64,000 nt of DNA from Octopus vulgaris (taxonomy: Eukaryota): the NCBI GenBank assembly GCA_951406725.2, contig OX597819.1, positions 96,038,001 through 96,102,000 on the forward strand. Direction: 5' to 3'. How positions within the stretch are numbered: the first letter of the stretch is position 1; every line of letters starts with the position of its first letter. The notes below the pieces were generated by a model that saw only the letters and a list, made by a program, of their open reading frames with translations, was not told the DNA's origin and made no database searches. This document shows, piece after piece, positions 1 to 13,495 of the stretch. Made by a program: the position numbers and the translations under genes.

Positions 1-1182
1 AAGTGAGTGGAGTCAGAAGAACCAAGAGTGTGGCTGGGTGAAGGTTGCAAGAATATATAAGGCATTGAGAGTTGTATGGTAGAAGATGAGAGGTAATTTT
101 GTGGCTAAGTTGAGGTGTGTGTGTGTGTGTGATCAATGTTGAGTGTGGGCAGATGTAATAGCAATAGAGCAGATGACAAATGAAATGGGTCCAGGTAGTA
201 TGAAAAATAAGTGGTATTGAAGAAGAGCAGTGATTAGAGAGATGATGGGTGGTGGTTGTGTTTTGAGCATACTGAGTGAAGGGCCCAGTTGTGAATATAT
301 ATAATTATACAGCACTTCCAGAGCTCAATTAAACTGAAGTCAACGAACCTTAAGAACTGCATAGTATAAAATATAAATACACACACACACACACATACAT
401 ATATATATGCACACATCTAGACATATCTGTCCATCAATAAATCTACCTGCCTCTCAATAAATACAGACACGCATATACATAGACATTTGTATGCACACAC
501 AAACACATTATATATATATGCATAAGCATATATATATTCATATATGTACATATATTTATATGCATACACATACATACGTATACACATATAACGATCTACA
601 AATGTATATACTCATACATATATATACAAAAACATACATTTATACATACACATATATACATACACACACATATATACGTATACACATATATATACACATA
701 TACACACACATATATATATATATAAACACATACATGTACAAACATGCTCTCCCCACCACCACATATCCATTAAGTGTTAATTTTTGGAGAAAAGAGTACT
801 CAGACTCATAATAAAGATCAATAACATTTTATTTTGGTTGAGTCAGTTTCTTGCTACTCTGAATTTCACTTGTAGCTACACAACATTCTCAGACAACACA
901 TAAGCACACACACACTCACGCATATATAAATATACACACACATATACATGTTTGAATATATATATATATATATATGTAAGTAAGCATAAGCATATATATG
1001 CATACATATATATTTCCATATATATACATACATACAAATACACACATAATATATATATACATACATACACATACATATACCTAAACACATAGTTATACAT
1101 ATATAGATATATACACATAAAAATGCATACAAATACACATATATTAACAACTACACACACATATACATATACAAATGTATTT

Positions 1183-1560
1183 TTTACTTGTTTCAATCAA
1201 TAGACACTGGCCATGCTGTGGCACTGCTGTGAAGAAGTTTAGTTGAATGAATCAACCCCAGTAGTCATTTTTAAAGCCAAGTACTTATTCTATTAGATCT
1301 CTTGCTGTACTGCTATGTTATGGGGATGTAACCACACCAACACTGGTTGTCAAGCAATAGGAGTGGGACAAACACAGACAGACATACACATACACAGACA
1401 GACATACACATACACAGACAACAGGCTTCTTTAAGATTTTGTCTACAATTTCTACCCACATGGCATTGGTTGGCTATAGGCTACAGCAGAAGACACTAGC
1501 TGGCAGTGCCACACAGGGGAACTGAACTTGGAACCATGTGCGGAAGCAGGCTTCTTACTA
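1183..1560 (-). mobile_element. tRNA-derived SINE, family B, diverged copy
   Basis: Colinear with the better-preserved copies at 35885-36300 and 55447-55863 (ttttacttgtttc...ggccatgctg...gaagacact...gaaccatg); internal CA/GACA repeat. Confidence 0.8.
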
Positions 1561-1681
1561 CATAGTCCTGTATAAATGTAGAAGTATATGTACACACAGA
1601 CGTACACACATATATACATGCATATATATACACACACATACATATCTATACTTATAAACACACACACATATATATACATGT

Positions 1682-2044
1682 AGGCACAGAAGTGGCTGTT
1701 TGGTAAGAAGCTTGCTTCCCAACCACATGGTTCCAGGTTCAATCACACTGCGTAGCACCTTGGGCAAGTGTCTTCTACTATAGCCTTGGGTCCACCAAAC
1801 CCTTGTGAGTGGATTTGATACATGAAAACTAAATGAAGCCTGTTGCATATATATATATATATCAGGACATCATGCTCGGAATGGTCAGTGGTAAGAGGGG
1901 AAGAGGCTGACAAAGAACCTGCTGGCTTGACACCATCAAGAGGGATACCGGAATGGACATAGTCAATCTGAAAGAAGCGGCCCAGGATAGAACTGACTGG
2001 AGGATACTGATCCAACGAGTGACCGAGAGTCGATTTCGACTGAG

Positions 2045-2081
<37 letters not shown>

Positions 2082-2258
2082 GTGTCTGTGTTTGTCCCAC
2101 CACCATCACTTGACAACCGATGTGGGTGTTTTACATCTCCGTAACTTAGCAGTTCGGCAAAAGTGACTGATAGAATAAGAACTAGGCCTACAAATGTATA
2201 CGTACTTGGGTCGATTTGCTCGACTAAAGGCAATTATCCGGCATGGCCACAGTCAGAT
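1682..2258 (+). mobile_element. tRNA-derived SINE, family B, interrupted by an RTE fragment in its internal (TA)n
   Basis: A/B-box-like head (tggctgtttggtaag...ggttcaatc), accttgggcaagtgtcttctactatag body; 3' half resumes at ~2080 and ends aagtaaaaga. Confidence 0.85.
1863..2048 (+). mobile_element. RTE-clade LINE 3' end fragment
   Basis: Translates QDIMLGMVSGKRGRG*QRTCWLDTIKRDTGMDIVNLKEAAQDRTDWRILIQRVTESR, the typical RTE ORF C-terminus (GKRxRGR..W.D...A.DR..WR); flanked by (TA)n. Confidence 0.85.
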
Positions 2259-2331
2259 GACTGAGAAAAGTAAAAGAATATACATATATATATATCTACA
2301 TATGTGTGTGTGTGTATATATATATATAGGC

Positions 2332-2392
<61 letters not shown>

Positions 2393-2523
2393 AATAGAAA
2401 TATATATATACATACATACATACAAATATATATATATCGCAAAACATCCAAATAGACGATACAAAATACATATATATATAAACATATATACATATAAATA
2501 TATATATATATACATACATACAC

Positions 2524-2597
<74 letters not shown>

Positions 2598-2601
<4 letters not shown>

Positions 2602-2923
2602 TCATCATCATCGTTTAACGTCCGTTCTAGCATGGGTTGGACAGTTCGACCGGGGATCTGGGAAGCCAGAAGGCTGCACCAGGCTCCGGTCTTATCTGGC
2701 AATGTTTCTACAGCTGGATGCCCTTCTTAACGCCAACCACTCCGTGAGTGTAGTGGGTGCTTTTTACGTGCCATCTGCACTGGTGCCAGGCGAGGCTGGC
2801 ATCGGCCACAGTCGGATTGGTGCATTTTACGTGCCACCGGCACGGAAGCCAGTTGAGGCGGCACTGGCTTTGGCCACGATTTGGATGGTGCTTTTTACGT
2901 GCCACCGACACGGAAGCTGGTCG
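2598..2923 (-). mobile_element. SINE family C, 3' portion with (GAT)n tail and internal triplicated segment
   Basis: (atc)n tail at left, ggatgcccttcttaacgccaacc motif (V-domain-like), three copies of ggtgc(t/a)ttttacgtgcca. Confidence 0.75.
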
Positions 2924-2949
2924 ATATATATATATACATATATATAATA

Positions 2950-2983
<34 letters not shown>

Positions 2984-3341
2984 CATATATATAATATATA
3001 TATATATACATATATATACATATATATAATATATATATACATATATAATATATATATACATATATATAAACATATATATATATATATACATATATATAAT
3101 ATATATATACATATATATAATATATATATATACATATAAATATACATATATATAATATATATACATATATATATATACACATATATAATATATATATACA
3201 TATATATAATATATATATACATATAAATATACATATATATAATATATATACATATAAATATACATATATATAATATATATACACATATATATATACATAT
3301 ATATCTATATATACACATATATATATATATACAGATACAGA

Positions 3342-3390
<49 letters not shown>

Positions 3391-3451
3391 CATACATATA
3401 TAGATACATATGTACATACATACATATATACATATAGAGATACATATGTAC

Positions 3452-3482
<31 letters not shown>

Positions 3483-3562
3483 TATATAAATATACATATA
3501 TATATACGTAAATATATACATCCATATATATACATATAGATATAAGTATATATATATATATT

Positions 3563-3645
3563 CTAGCAAAAACTGTCTGATGAACGGCAACAAGAAACTC
3601 AGAGTAACAGATTTTGTTGAATTTTCTGCTGCTTTAAATAAAGTA
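3563..3645 (+). ncRNA. Short Penelope-pLTR-like module with a minimal type I hammerhead ribozyme motif
   Basis: gcaaaaactgt-CTGATGA-acggcaacaa-GAAAC-tcaga-GTA-acagattttgt; stem I pairs with one mismatch, stem II poor. Confidence 0.55.
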
Positions 3646-3667
3646 TATATATAAGTATATATATATC

Positions 3668-3711
<44 letters not shown>

Positions 3712-3712
<1 letters not shown>

Positions 3713-3908
3713 TAAAAGCACATCCACGTGTGATTGTTACTAGAACTGCCTGACTGGCCCTGGTGCAAGTGGCAAGTAAAAGGACCCACTACATTCTCGG
3801 ATTGGTTGACGTTAGGAAGGGTATCCAGCTCTAAAAACTTTGCCAGATCAGATTGATCCTGGTACAGCCTCTAGCTTACCAGTCCTCAGTCAAAATGTCC
3901 AACCCATG
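3712..3908 (+). mobile_element. SINE family C fragment, diverged
   Basis: ggttgacgttaggaagggtatccagct is the reverse-complement counterpart of the 2598-2923 motif. Confidence 0.65.
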
Positions 3909-4604
3909 TATATATATATATATATATGGCTGGTTATGCTCGAGATTGCTCAAATCTGGCCAGCCCCAAGGAAAAACTAAGCTAAGAACATTAGATTCCT
4001 TGGAAGAAAGCAGTGAATGTATACAAAAACAAGGACGGAAAAAAATGTACATTACACAAATACAATAAAAATAATAACAGGATATAACAACTGGTGTTTT
4101 TCAACTAAAGACGAATTAAATTAAGCTGGCTTGTGTGGAAATGAAGCCTTATGGCAGGGATACAAGATTTCATAGACAGAAGGAGGAATATCTATGTTGC
4201 ACGGGCAACGGCCAAACCAAGAAAGCAAGGTCAGGCTTGGCCGAATGCCAGTCACGTGGGAAGAGAAGAGAAGAGAGGCAGAGGGACAGAGGAATTAACG
4301 AGGAGGCGAGAAAAATAGACAGGGACACAGTGAAGTGAAAAGGGTAGGGAAAGTGAGCAAGAAGAGAAGGCAAAGAAATGTGAGAGAGGGGAAAAGAAAG
4401 AAGAGCGGAATGAACAGAGTGGAGCAATCTCGAGTATAACCAGCCGAAATTGCAAAGACAAACTAGAACTTGACTGAGGAAAGAAAACTCCAAATCACCT
4501 GTCCTTGTTTCCTTTGTATCGTCTATCTGGATGTTTTGCTGACCATTTTTTGTATCACCTGTCTGGATGATTTGCGTTCTTGCCCCATTTTGTATTTTAT
4601 ATAC

Positions 4605-4642
<38 letters not shown>

Positions 4643-5393
4643 TATATATATACACATAGACACACACACATATATATATATATATACACACACATATACA
4701 TACACACATATAAATATATACATATATATAAATATACATATATATATAAATATACATATATATATAAATATACATAAATATACATATATATACAAATATA
4801 CATATATATACATATATTACATATATATACATATATTACAAATATATACATGTATATAAATATGCATATATATACATATATATAAATATACATATACATA
4901 AATATACATATATATACATAAATATATATATATATATCAATATATATATATAAATATACATATACATAAATATATATATATATAAACATATATATACATA
5001 AATATATATATATATATCAATATATATATATAAATATACATATACATAAATATATATATATATAAACATATATATATAAATATACATATACATAGATATA
5101 TATATATATAAACATATATATACATAAATATATATATATAAACATATATATACATAAATATATATATATAATAAACATATATATACATAAATATATATAT
5201 ATATATATCAATATATATATAAATATATACATACATATATAAATATAGGTCATATTTGTATTTGGTTTGCAAGATTCTTCATGTGAATACGTGTGTTGCA
5301 AGAAATACTATTGAACATTGGGATGGGCATTATGCGTGTGTTTATTGTTACCGGCATAATGCACATCCCAGGGTTCAATCATATAAATATATA

Positions 5394-5434
<41 letters not shown>

Positions 5435-5748
5435 ATATATACATTATATATATATATATACATATATATATATACATATATATACATATATATATATACA
5501 TATATATACATACATATATATACATATATATATATATATATACATATATATACATATATATATATACATATATATACATATATATATACATATACATATA
5601 TATACATATATATATACATATACATATATATACATATATATATACATATATATATATAACATATATATATACATATATATACACATATATATATATACAT
5701 ATATATATACATATATATACACATATATATATATACATATATATACAC

Positions 5749-5781
<33 letters not shown>

Positions 5782-5935
5782 AAAAATACATATATATGCA
5801 TACATATATATATACATACATATATATATATACATACATATATATATACATACATATATATATATATATACATACATATATATGCATACATATATATATA
5901 CACATACATATATATATATACATACATATATATAC

Positions 5936-6000
<65 letters not shown>

Positions 6001-6005
6001 CATAC

Positions 6006-6062
<57 letters not shown>

Positions 6063-6081
6063 CATATATACATACATATAT

Positions 6082-6124
<43 letters not shown>

Positions 6125-6302
6125 TATATACACATATATATACATATATAAATAGAAGAGTGTATTTTTACCTTGTTAACAATTAACACAGAAAAAATAA
6201 AGAAATAGTTACCAGGGTAGCAAAAATCTCACAAGTGTAAGATGTTGTAACTCCTTGTTTATATAGGTAGAAACTTCGTGTTTACGTTGAATATTTTGAA
6301 TA

Positions 6303-7074
6303 ATATACGAATAAATAAATGGAGTTTAACGCAGGTGTAATCAAATATTTTTACTTTCGACACATGTTTCGAAAATTCCACTGATACTATTCAAAAGAAT
6401 AAATGGTATAAACAATGCAATCTTCTCATGAAAGTGAAAAAAGCGAAACTTGTCAATAAGACATTTTAGCAAAAAATGATGGATTTGTATAGACAGAACG
6501 CTATTAATATTATTTAAAAAAACGTTATATGATGTAACGTCATAAGTAGCTAACAAAAAGAGTAGGGGCACCAATAGTGAATGTTAAATATAAAGGAAAT
6601 TAAAGTTTAAATTAATATATAATGATAGAGACTACTTATATGCACTAAATGTATGTTTTTGCCAATGCTTACATCTGTATGCTCGCTCTATAACCGGTTA
6701 TAGAGCGAACATTGGCAAAAACATACGTTTAGTGCATATAAGTAGTCTCTATCATTATATATTAATTTAAACTTTAATTTCCTTTATATTTAACATTCAC
6801 TATTGGTGTCCCTACTCTTTTTGTTAGCTACTTATGACGTTACATCATATAACGTTTTTTTAAATAATATTAATAGCGTTCTGTCTATACAAATCCATCA
6901 TTTTTTGCTAAAATGTCTTATTGACAAGTTTCGCTTTTTTCACTTTCATGAGAAGATTGCATTGTTTATACCATTTATTCTTTCGAATAGTATCAGTGGA
7001 ATTTTCGAAACATGTGTCGAAAGTAAAAATATTTGATTACACCTGCGTTAAACTCCATTTATGTATTCATATAT
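6303..7074. repeat. ~770-bp spacerless inverted repeat (palindrome) of a hammerhead-motif-bearing element
   Basis: Centre cgctctataacc|ggttatagagcg at 6695/6696; arms near-identical (ORFs 6341-6574(-) and 6803-7036(+) translate almost identically); a few substitutions and one 14-nt indel. Confidence 0.95.
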
Positions 7075-7076
7075 AC

Positions 7077-7107
<31 letters not shown>

Positions 7108-7568
7108 CATATATATATATATACACATATATATATACACATATATATATACACACATATATATACACATATACATACACACACATATATATATACATAC
7201 ACACACATATATATACACATATACATACACACACATATATAAACATATATATATATACACATATACATACACACACATATATATACACATATATACACAC
7301 ACACACACACACATATATATATACACATACACATATATATATGCACATATATACATATTCATATATATATATATATATATACAAGTATATATACAAATAT
7401 ATACATGTATATATATATATATATACATGTATATACATAGAAATATATATATATATAAATGTACATGTATATACATATAAATATATACGTGTACATGTAT
7501 ATGTATATATATAAATATATATATATATATATAGATGTACATATATATATGCTTATATATATGTATAA

Positions 7569-7608
<40 letters not shown>

Positions 7609-8284
7609 AAGCATATATATATGCTTATATATATGTATAATAATATATATATATATACATATATATATGTATATATATATAAATATATACATATATAGAT
7701 GTGTATATATATATATATATATATGCTTATATTTATATGTATACATATGCATATATACATACATATATACACATATCTGTACATCTATATAACAGCATGT
7801 ATATTGATATATGTATATCTATATGCATATATATAGATATGCATGTATATATATGAAAATATATACATATATAAATGCTCATATATATATATGTATATTT
7901 ATTTGTAAATGTATATATGCACATATATGCATATTTACATATGTATATGCAAATATATATATGCATATATATATATGTTCATATATATACATATGTAAGT
8001 ATATATACATATATATGCACATATATATATATACATATATATGCACATATATATATATACATATATATGCACATATATATATATATATACATATATACAT
8101 ATATAGATATGCATATATAAATATATATGTACATATAAAGAGCAAGAGAGAGAGAGAGAAGTTCAGAGGCACAAACCTGTGTATATATAAATATATATAC
8201 ATGTATACATATATATAAACATACACACATATATGTACCCATATGCACACACATACACATATTTATAAACATATCCACACATAC

Positions 8285-8318
<34 letters not shown>

Positions 8319-8321
<3 letters not shown>

Positions 8322-8418
8322 TAAAAGTATGCGATATATATATATCATCATCATCATCATCAAACGATGATGATGATGATGATGATATATATATATATAT
8401 ATATCGCATACTTTTATA
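8319..8418. repeat. ~100-bp fold-back palindrome built on (TA)n/(ATC)n
   Basis: ataaaagtatgcgat-(at)n-(atc)n-aaac-(gat)n-(at)n-atcgcatacttttat. Confidence 0.9.
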
Positions 8419-8953
8419 TATATATGTATGTTTGTGTGTGTGCCCATACATATATGTATATAATGGACATGTGATGATGATGATGATACACACACATCCA
8501 TATAGATCTATGTACCTATATGTACATGTACAGATGCTATGCTGACGATGGTTACTATTGTCTAGAATTTATCTCTTGCCACAAAACCAGGAATAAAGGT
8601 TTCATGGCTCTGAAGATTTGGGAATATATTTTGATTATGTAATATACCCTATGTAACCAATAATATTTTCATTTGGAAACATGTGCCAAAAGTGTTTATT
8701 AAATGCAATATAAACATTGTATCATGCATTGTTATATGTTTGTATGCTGCGTACCCAAACTCTGGACATAAACCAAATGACAAGCGTACAATAACATGAA
8801 CAGGAATACACATGGATTTCGAAACACTGATTGTTTGTTGTTTAGTTCCATTTTAAATTGCATACAGACACACACAATTCAATAATCTAGTATTGTTTAG
8901 CATGTATGTATGTGTGTGTATATATATATGTGTATATATACATATATATACAT

Positions 8954-9013
<60 letters not shown>

Positions 9014-9045
9014 GTATATATATGTATGTATATATACATATATAT

Positions 9046-9432
9046 ACGTTATCAAAGAAGCTTGAGAGGCGGTTGGATGGAACCTACACACGCCTCCTTA
9101 TGAGAGCTCAAAATCTCTCGTGGAGGCGCCATCCAACTAAAATGCAAATATATGGGAAATTACCACCTGTGTCATCTCTTGTGAAAGGTAGGAGAGTCCA
9201 GTTTGCTGGACATTGTTGTAGAGCTGAAAAAGAAGTAATTTCTACTCTTCTCCTTTGGAAGCCATCTACTTGCAACACCAGAGGGCGCACACTCTCCTAC
9301 CCTGATGTAATCTCCAGGGATACAGGCATCCAGCAACAGGACCTCCGTAATGCTATGATGGACCGTGAAGTCTGGCGCAACATGGTAAATTCCATTGTCT
9401 CGACCACGGTCGAACAATAATAATAATAATAA
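9046..9432 (+). mobile_element. 5'-truncated RTE-type LINE 3' end with (TAA)n tail, uninterrupted reading frame
   Basis: [31 protein letters not shown]...[11 protein letters not shown]...MMDREVWR..., stop at 9420 followed directly by taataataa; embedded in (TA)n. Confidence 0.9.
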
Positions 9433-10009
9433 ATATACATATATATGTATGTGTATATATGTATATACATATATATGTATGTATATATATGTATGTATTT
9501 ATATATGTACATAGTTTCAAAACTTTGATTGCCCACTGTCAGCAGATCAGGTTGACCCATGCCTTGTAAGAGAAAGTGGGTCGACAAAAACTGGGGAAAA
9601 AACCTGTTGGAGGAACCATCCTAGTAATTCAAAGGGCCAGCTTTATGACACACTTGTCAACACAGATATTGTGTTAAGGATATATGTTGGTAGAAAAACT
9701 ATCTTTCTTGTTTAGCCACTAGTCAAATATGATAGAGTAGTTATATGGTCATAAATATTCCATCTATTCATGACCAAATCTATGACAACATCATCCAAAC
9801 TGCCCTTTCCACGTTTATGACTGTAATTAGGTCTTAGCCAACTCTGTGATTGTTTAGATGTTGCTCTATTCCTTCCAGGGTACATATTGACACCAAGAGT
9901 GTATCTCTACATTTGGATATACTTCTCTTTTCATTCTCCTTTTTTTTTTCGTTTTGTCATACAACCGATGAGTGTATGACAACATGAAAAGGGTCATCCC
10001 TAATGCTAG

Positions 10010-10300
10010 AGCATGGCCTTGAATTGACCCAGTACTCATTTAAGTTTGGTATATATTCTATTGGTCATATTTGTTGAACTGCTAAGTTACAGGGGCATAA
10101 GCAAACCATTACCACTTGTCAAGCAGTGACAGGGATAAACTCAAAGAGACACGTACATATAAACACACACACACACATACAACAAGCTTCTCTCAGTTTC
10201 CATCTACCAAATCCTATTACAGGGCTTTGATTGGCCTGCAGCTATAGTAGAAGATACTTTACCCAAGGTGCCATGCAGAGGGACTGAACCTGGAACCATG
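10010..10300 (-). mobile_element. SINE family B, diverged
   Basis: ctgctaagttac...gtcaagc...ctaccaaatcc...tatagtagaaga...cccaaggtgcca...gaaccatg colinear with family B. Confidence 0.7.
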
Positions 10301-10312
10301 TGTATGTGTATA

Positions 10313-10358
<46 letters not shown>

Positions 10359-10609
10359 TAACGCATATACACTATTGTCGTTTAACCCTAGGATAGCACT
10401 GACTGTGCAAGATTTTGATCAAGGTCGTTCAAGCCATGGCCATCATGTTTATTTTCATTCCTTGAGCACCTGGTATTACACTGTCCAATGTGTCCTTTGC
10501 AGTTTCAAAGGACACATTGAATACTGTAGGTCCAGTCAGATTGAATCTGACCGCTATTTCTACTATGTTAAACAACCATTTAGAAGTTCCACTGTTAGTG
10601 GTGTGTCTG

Positions 10610-10925
10610 AATCTATGTATGGTCGAATGGTTACTTTCTAACCAACATGACTTGTGGTTTCTTCCTACTGTGTGGCATTTTGTGCAAGTGTCATTTTCTA
10701 TAGCCTTGAGTCGACCTATATAATAGAATAAAAGCCCGTCAAATGGATTGTACCTGCAATTCAAATTGTAGAGGCTTGTCATTCACTGTCACACTGGTTC
10801 TGTCTGAGAATTACGTTATGGGTACACGTGTCAGTAGAATGCTCAGCCGCTTACACACAAATTCAATGAACAGGTAATTTCAGTTGATCGAAGAAATAAA
10901 TCCTCATTGTCAAAATCCACGGAAA
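10610..10925 (+). mobile_element. Diverged SINE related to the 21075-21405 family
   Basis: gagaattacgttatgggtacacgtgtcagtagaatgctcagcc matches the 3' body of the 21075-21405 element. Confidence 0.6.
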
Positions 10926-11393
10926 AGCATCCATGTACATATTTATCTGCATATGTCGTCTAAGAAACCGTAAGTCAGATAAAAACTGTTACACGTATAT
11001 TTGTCAACAGCATGGATATATCAATATTCATTGTATACATATTAAATGCAATCTATGTATACACGTATATTTATTACAGAGTGTAATATATATTAGATAC
11101 ATTCATGTACGTACACACACACACACATATATACTTCAAAATAATGTATTTTTTTGTGTGTTTTCAGCAAGATGACGGTTAGAAACTTCCCAGCAATGTG
11201 CAGAGATCTATCACCGTGTGTGTGTGTGTGCTCAGTTATATTTTCTATGCAATGTTGCAAATTAATAGTTAGATGTATGTGAAGTGCACACATGCACAGA
11301 ATAGACCACAAAACAAGCATTATGCATGTACACACACACGCACATTCACACACATACACAAATGACACACTATGCATATTGTGAGTGCATGTG

Positions 11394-11425
<32 letters not shown>

Positions 11426-11725
11426 TAAATATACATACACACACACACGCACAAACATGTATATATAACGCGCGCGCGCATGTATAGAGTTAAACACTAC
11501 ATACACAGATTTATCTGGCTCACAGCATGGCCAGCACAATTCTAATAATATATTCACATGTGGAGCTGGGTGTACAATATAGTGTGGGGGTGTTGTGAAA
11601 TCTTTAATCGGCAGTGCTGGAGGCAATTTCAGTCATGACGGTGGGGGTATGAAGGTTTGGTTAAGTAAGCCATGCCTTCTGAGATGTCACCGTGGAAATG
11701 GCACAGTCACCCCATACATATATAC

Positions 11726-11768
<43 letters not shown>

Positions 11769-12096
11769 TACAAACACACGCATATATTTACACGCCATGA
11801 GAGCGGTTCTATATGGTTGCTCGGTCTGCAAGAAATAGCAGCTAAGTTTCCAATAAACCACATCCTACTGTCTTCCCCCCAAAAATAGATAAATATATAA
11901 ATAAAATATAGTCTAGGATACGCCGTCTGGTAAAAAAGAAAGGATACTCATTGAAGCTAGAATACCTCTGATTAATCAGAGCTGACCGGAGTTTAAACAA
12001 ACAACGACATATGTATATACATCTTCATATATATATATATAAAATTATTTATTATACGTTATATATATTATATGATATATATATATATATAGTGTG

Positions 12097-12146
<50 letters not shown>

Positions 12147-12634
12147 GTATGAACAAGCCTGGATTTACAAGGATACCGCACAAATACAAACACATAAATT
12201 CATTAGGCAATCAAATACATACCGCACACACAATCATGTTACATATATATAAATTAATATTCAAATACACATATGGCATTATAAATATATTTCGTTACAT
12301 CTCAGATAAAATAATAAACATTGCTAGATCGACACATTATACATACACATGTACATATAGAGGCTTCATGTCAAGGTGCCCCTTGGGGAGAAAAGTGCTG
12401 TATATAGTAATGGAGTGTGTGTATATATATATATAGACGGATGTATGTATACGTTAATATATCGAGTGTATGTGCATGTGTGTTATTAGGGCTGTGTGTC
12501 CCTAGAAAAGTATGTCTACTCAATATGTTTAACTGTTGGTAGATCTAGGACAACCGATGAATGAGTCAACGTAGACTAAAAACAACACACATTATATATA
12601 TATATATAGGCAATCTTTCATATATATATATGAA

Positions 12635-12687
<53 letters not shown>

Positions 12688-13435
12688 GGTTGGCTAGTTG
12701 TGTGTGCTTCTAGTTATGTATTATTATTATTATTGCAGGAGTGAAGTTGCAGCCATGGCGATAATAGACGATCCCTTCAGGGTATTTCAATGCCGCGCAC
12801 ATTGCTACATTTACTTGACTAGAATATTATTTATTCGAAGCCGAATTTGCTTCATTCGTTACTCAGAGTTTCTTTTTCCCGGTGATCAGTAACGAGTACC
12901 CAACAATACTGACTTTCTTTTTTTTTTTTTTTGCTTAATTGCATTTCAAACCAGTGTAAGACAATAGACACATTCACATCTATCTATCTATCTATCCACA
13001 CACACACACGCACGCAGAATATATATTATATACAACACAAAATAAAGAATCAGCAACTCGGAAGAAATCAAGACATCGTGCACACACACACACACACACA
13101 CAAACACATATTGTGTTTGCGTTGTGTGTGTATACATATGTACGTCTATGTATATATATGTTTGTGTATAAATGTAACAACATAGCTTAAGATATTTCAA
13201 CCATTATACATCAGCAAAAACATTATATTTACGTGTTTATATATACCTAAACATGTAAACTGCAGACAAGAGTATATACAGGCGCAAGTATATATATATA
13301 TGTATGTATATATATACACACACACACACATATATTTTGCAGTAGACAATGAGGGTCGGGTGAGAGACATTATTATGAAAGACAGCTCCTGGTTCGATGT
13401 CGGTAATTTCCTTGACAATATCTTTGCAAACCTAC

Positions 13436-13495
13436 CTCTTTAATTCCGTCCAACATCCTATGTGAGAACGATAGAAATCCAGTGTCCAAAGCCAT
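13436..13495 (-). CDS. Candidate first coding exon MALDTGFLSFSHRMLDGIKE of a host gene (identity unconfirmed)
   Basis: Unique, complex sequence among repeats; ATG in gcaATGG context, 20 codons ending at a strong donor GAG|GTAGGT; possible acceptor ttcttcag| at 13516 and upstream donor ct|gtaagt near 13700. Confidence 0.35.

Noticed and set aside
6341-7036. Two near-identical 77-aa ORFs suggesting a duplicated gene
   Set aside because: By-product of the palindrome; no ATG start and no recognisable domain
491-9045. Dozens of long Y/I/H/T/C/V-rich ORFs (up to 299 aa)
   Set aside because: Translations of (TA)n/(TACA)n/(CA)n microsatellites, open on both strands; not genes
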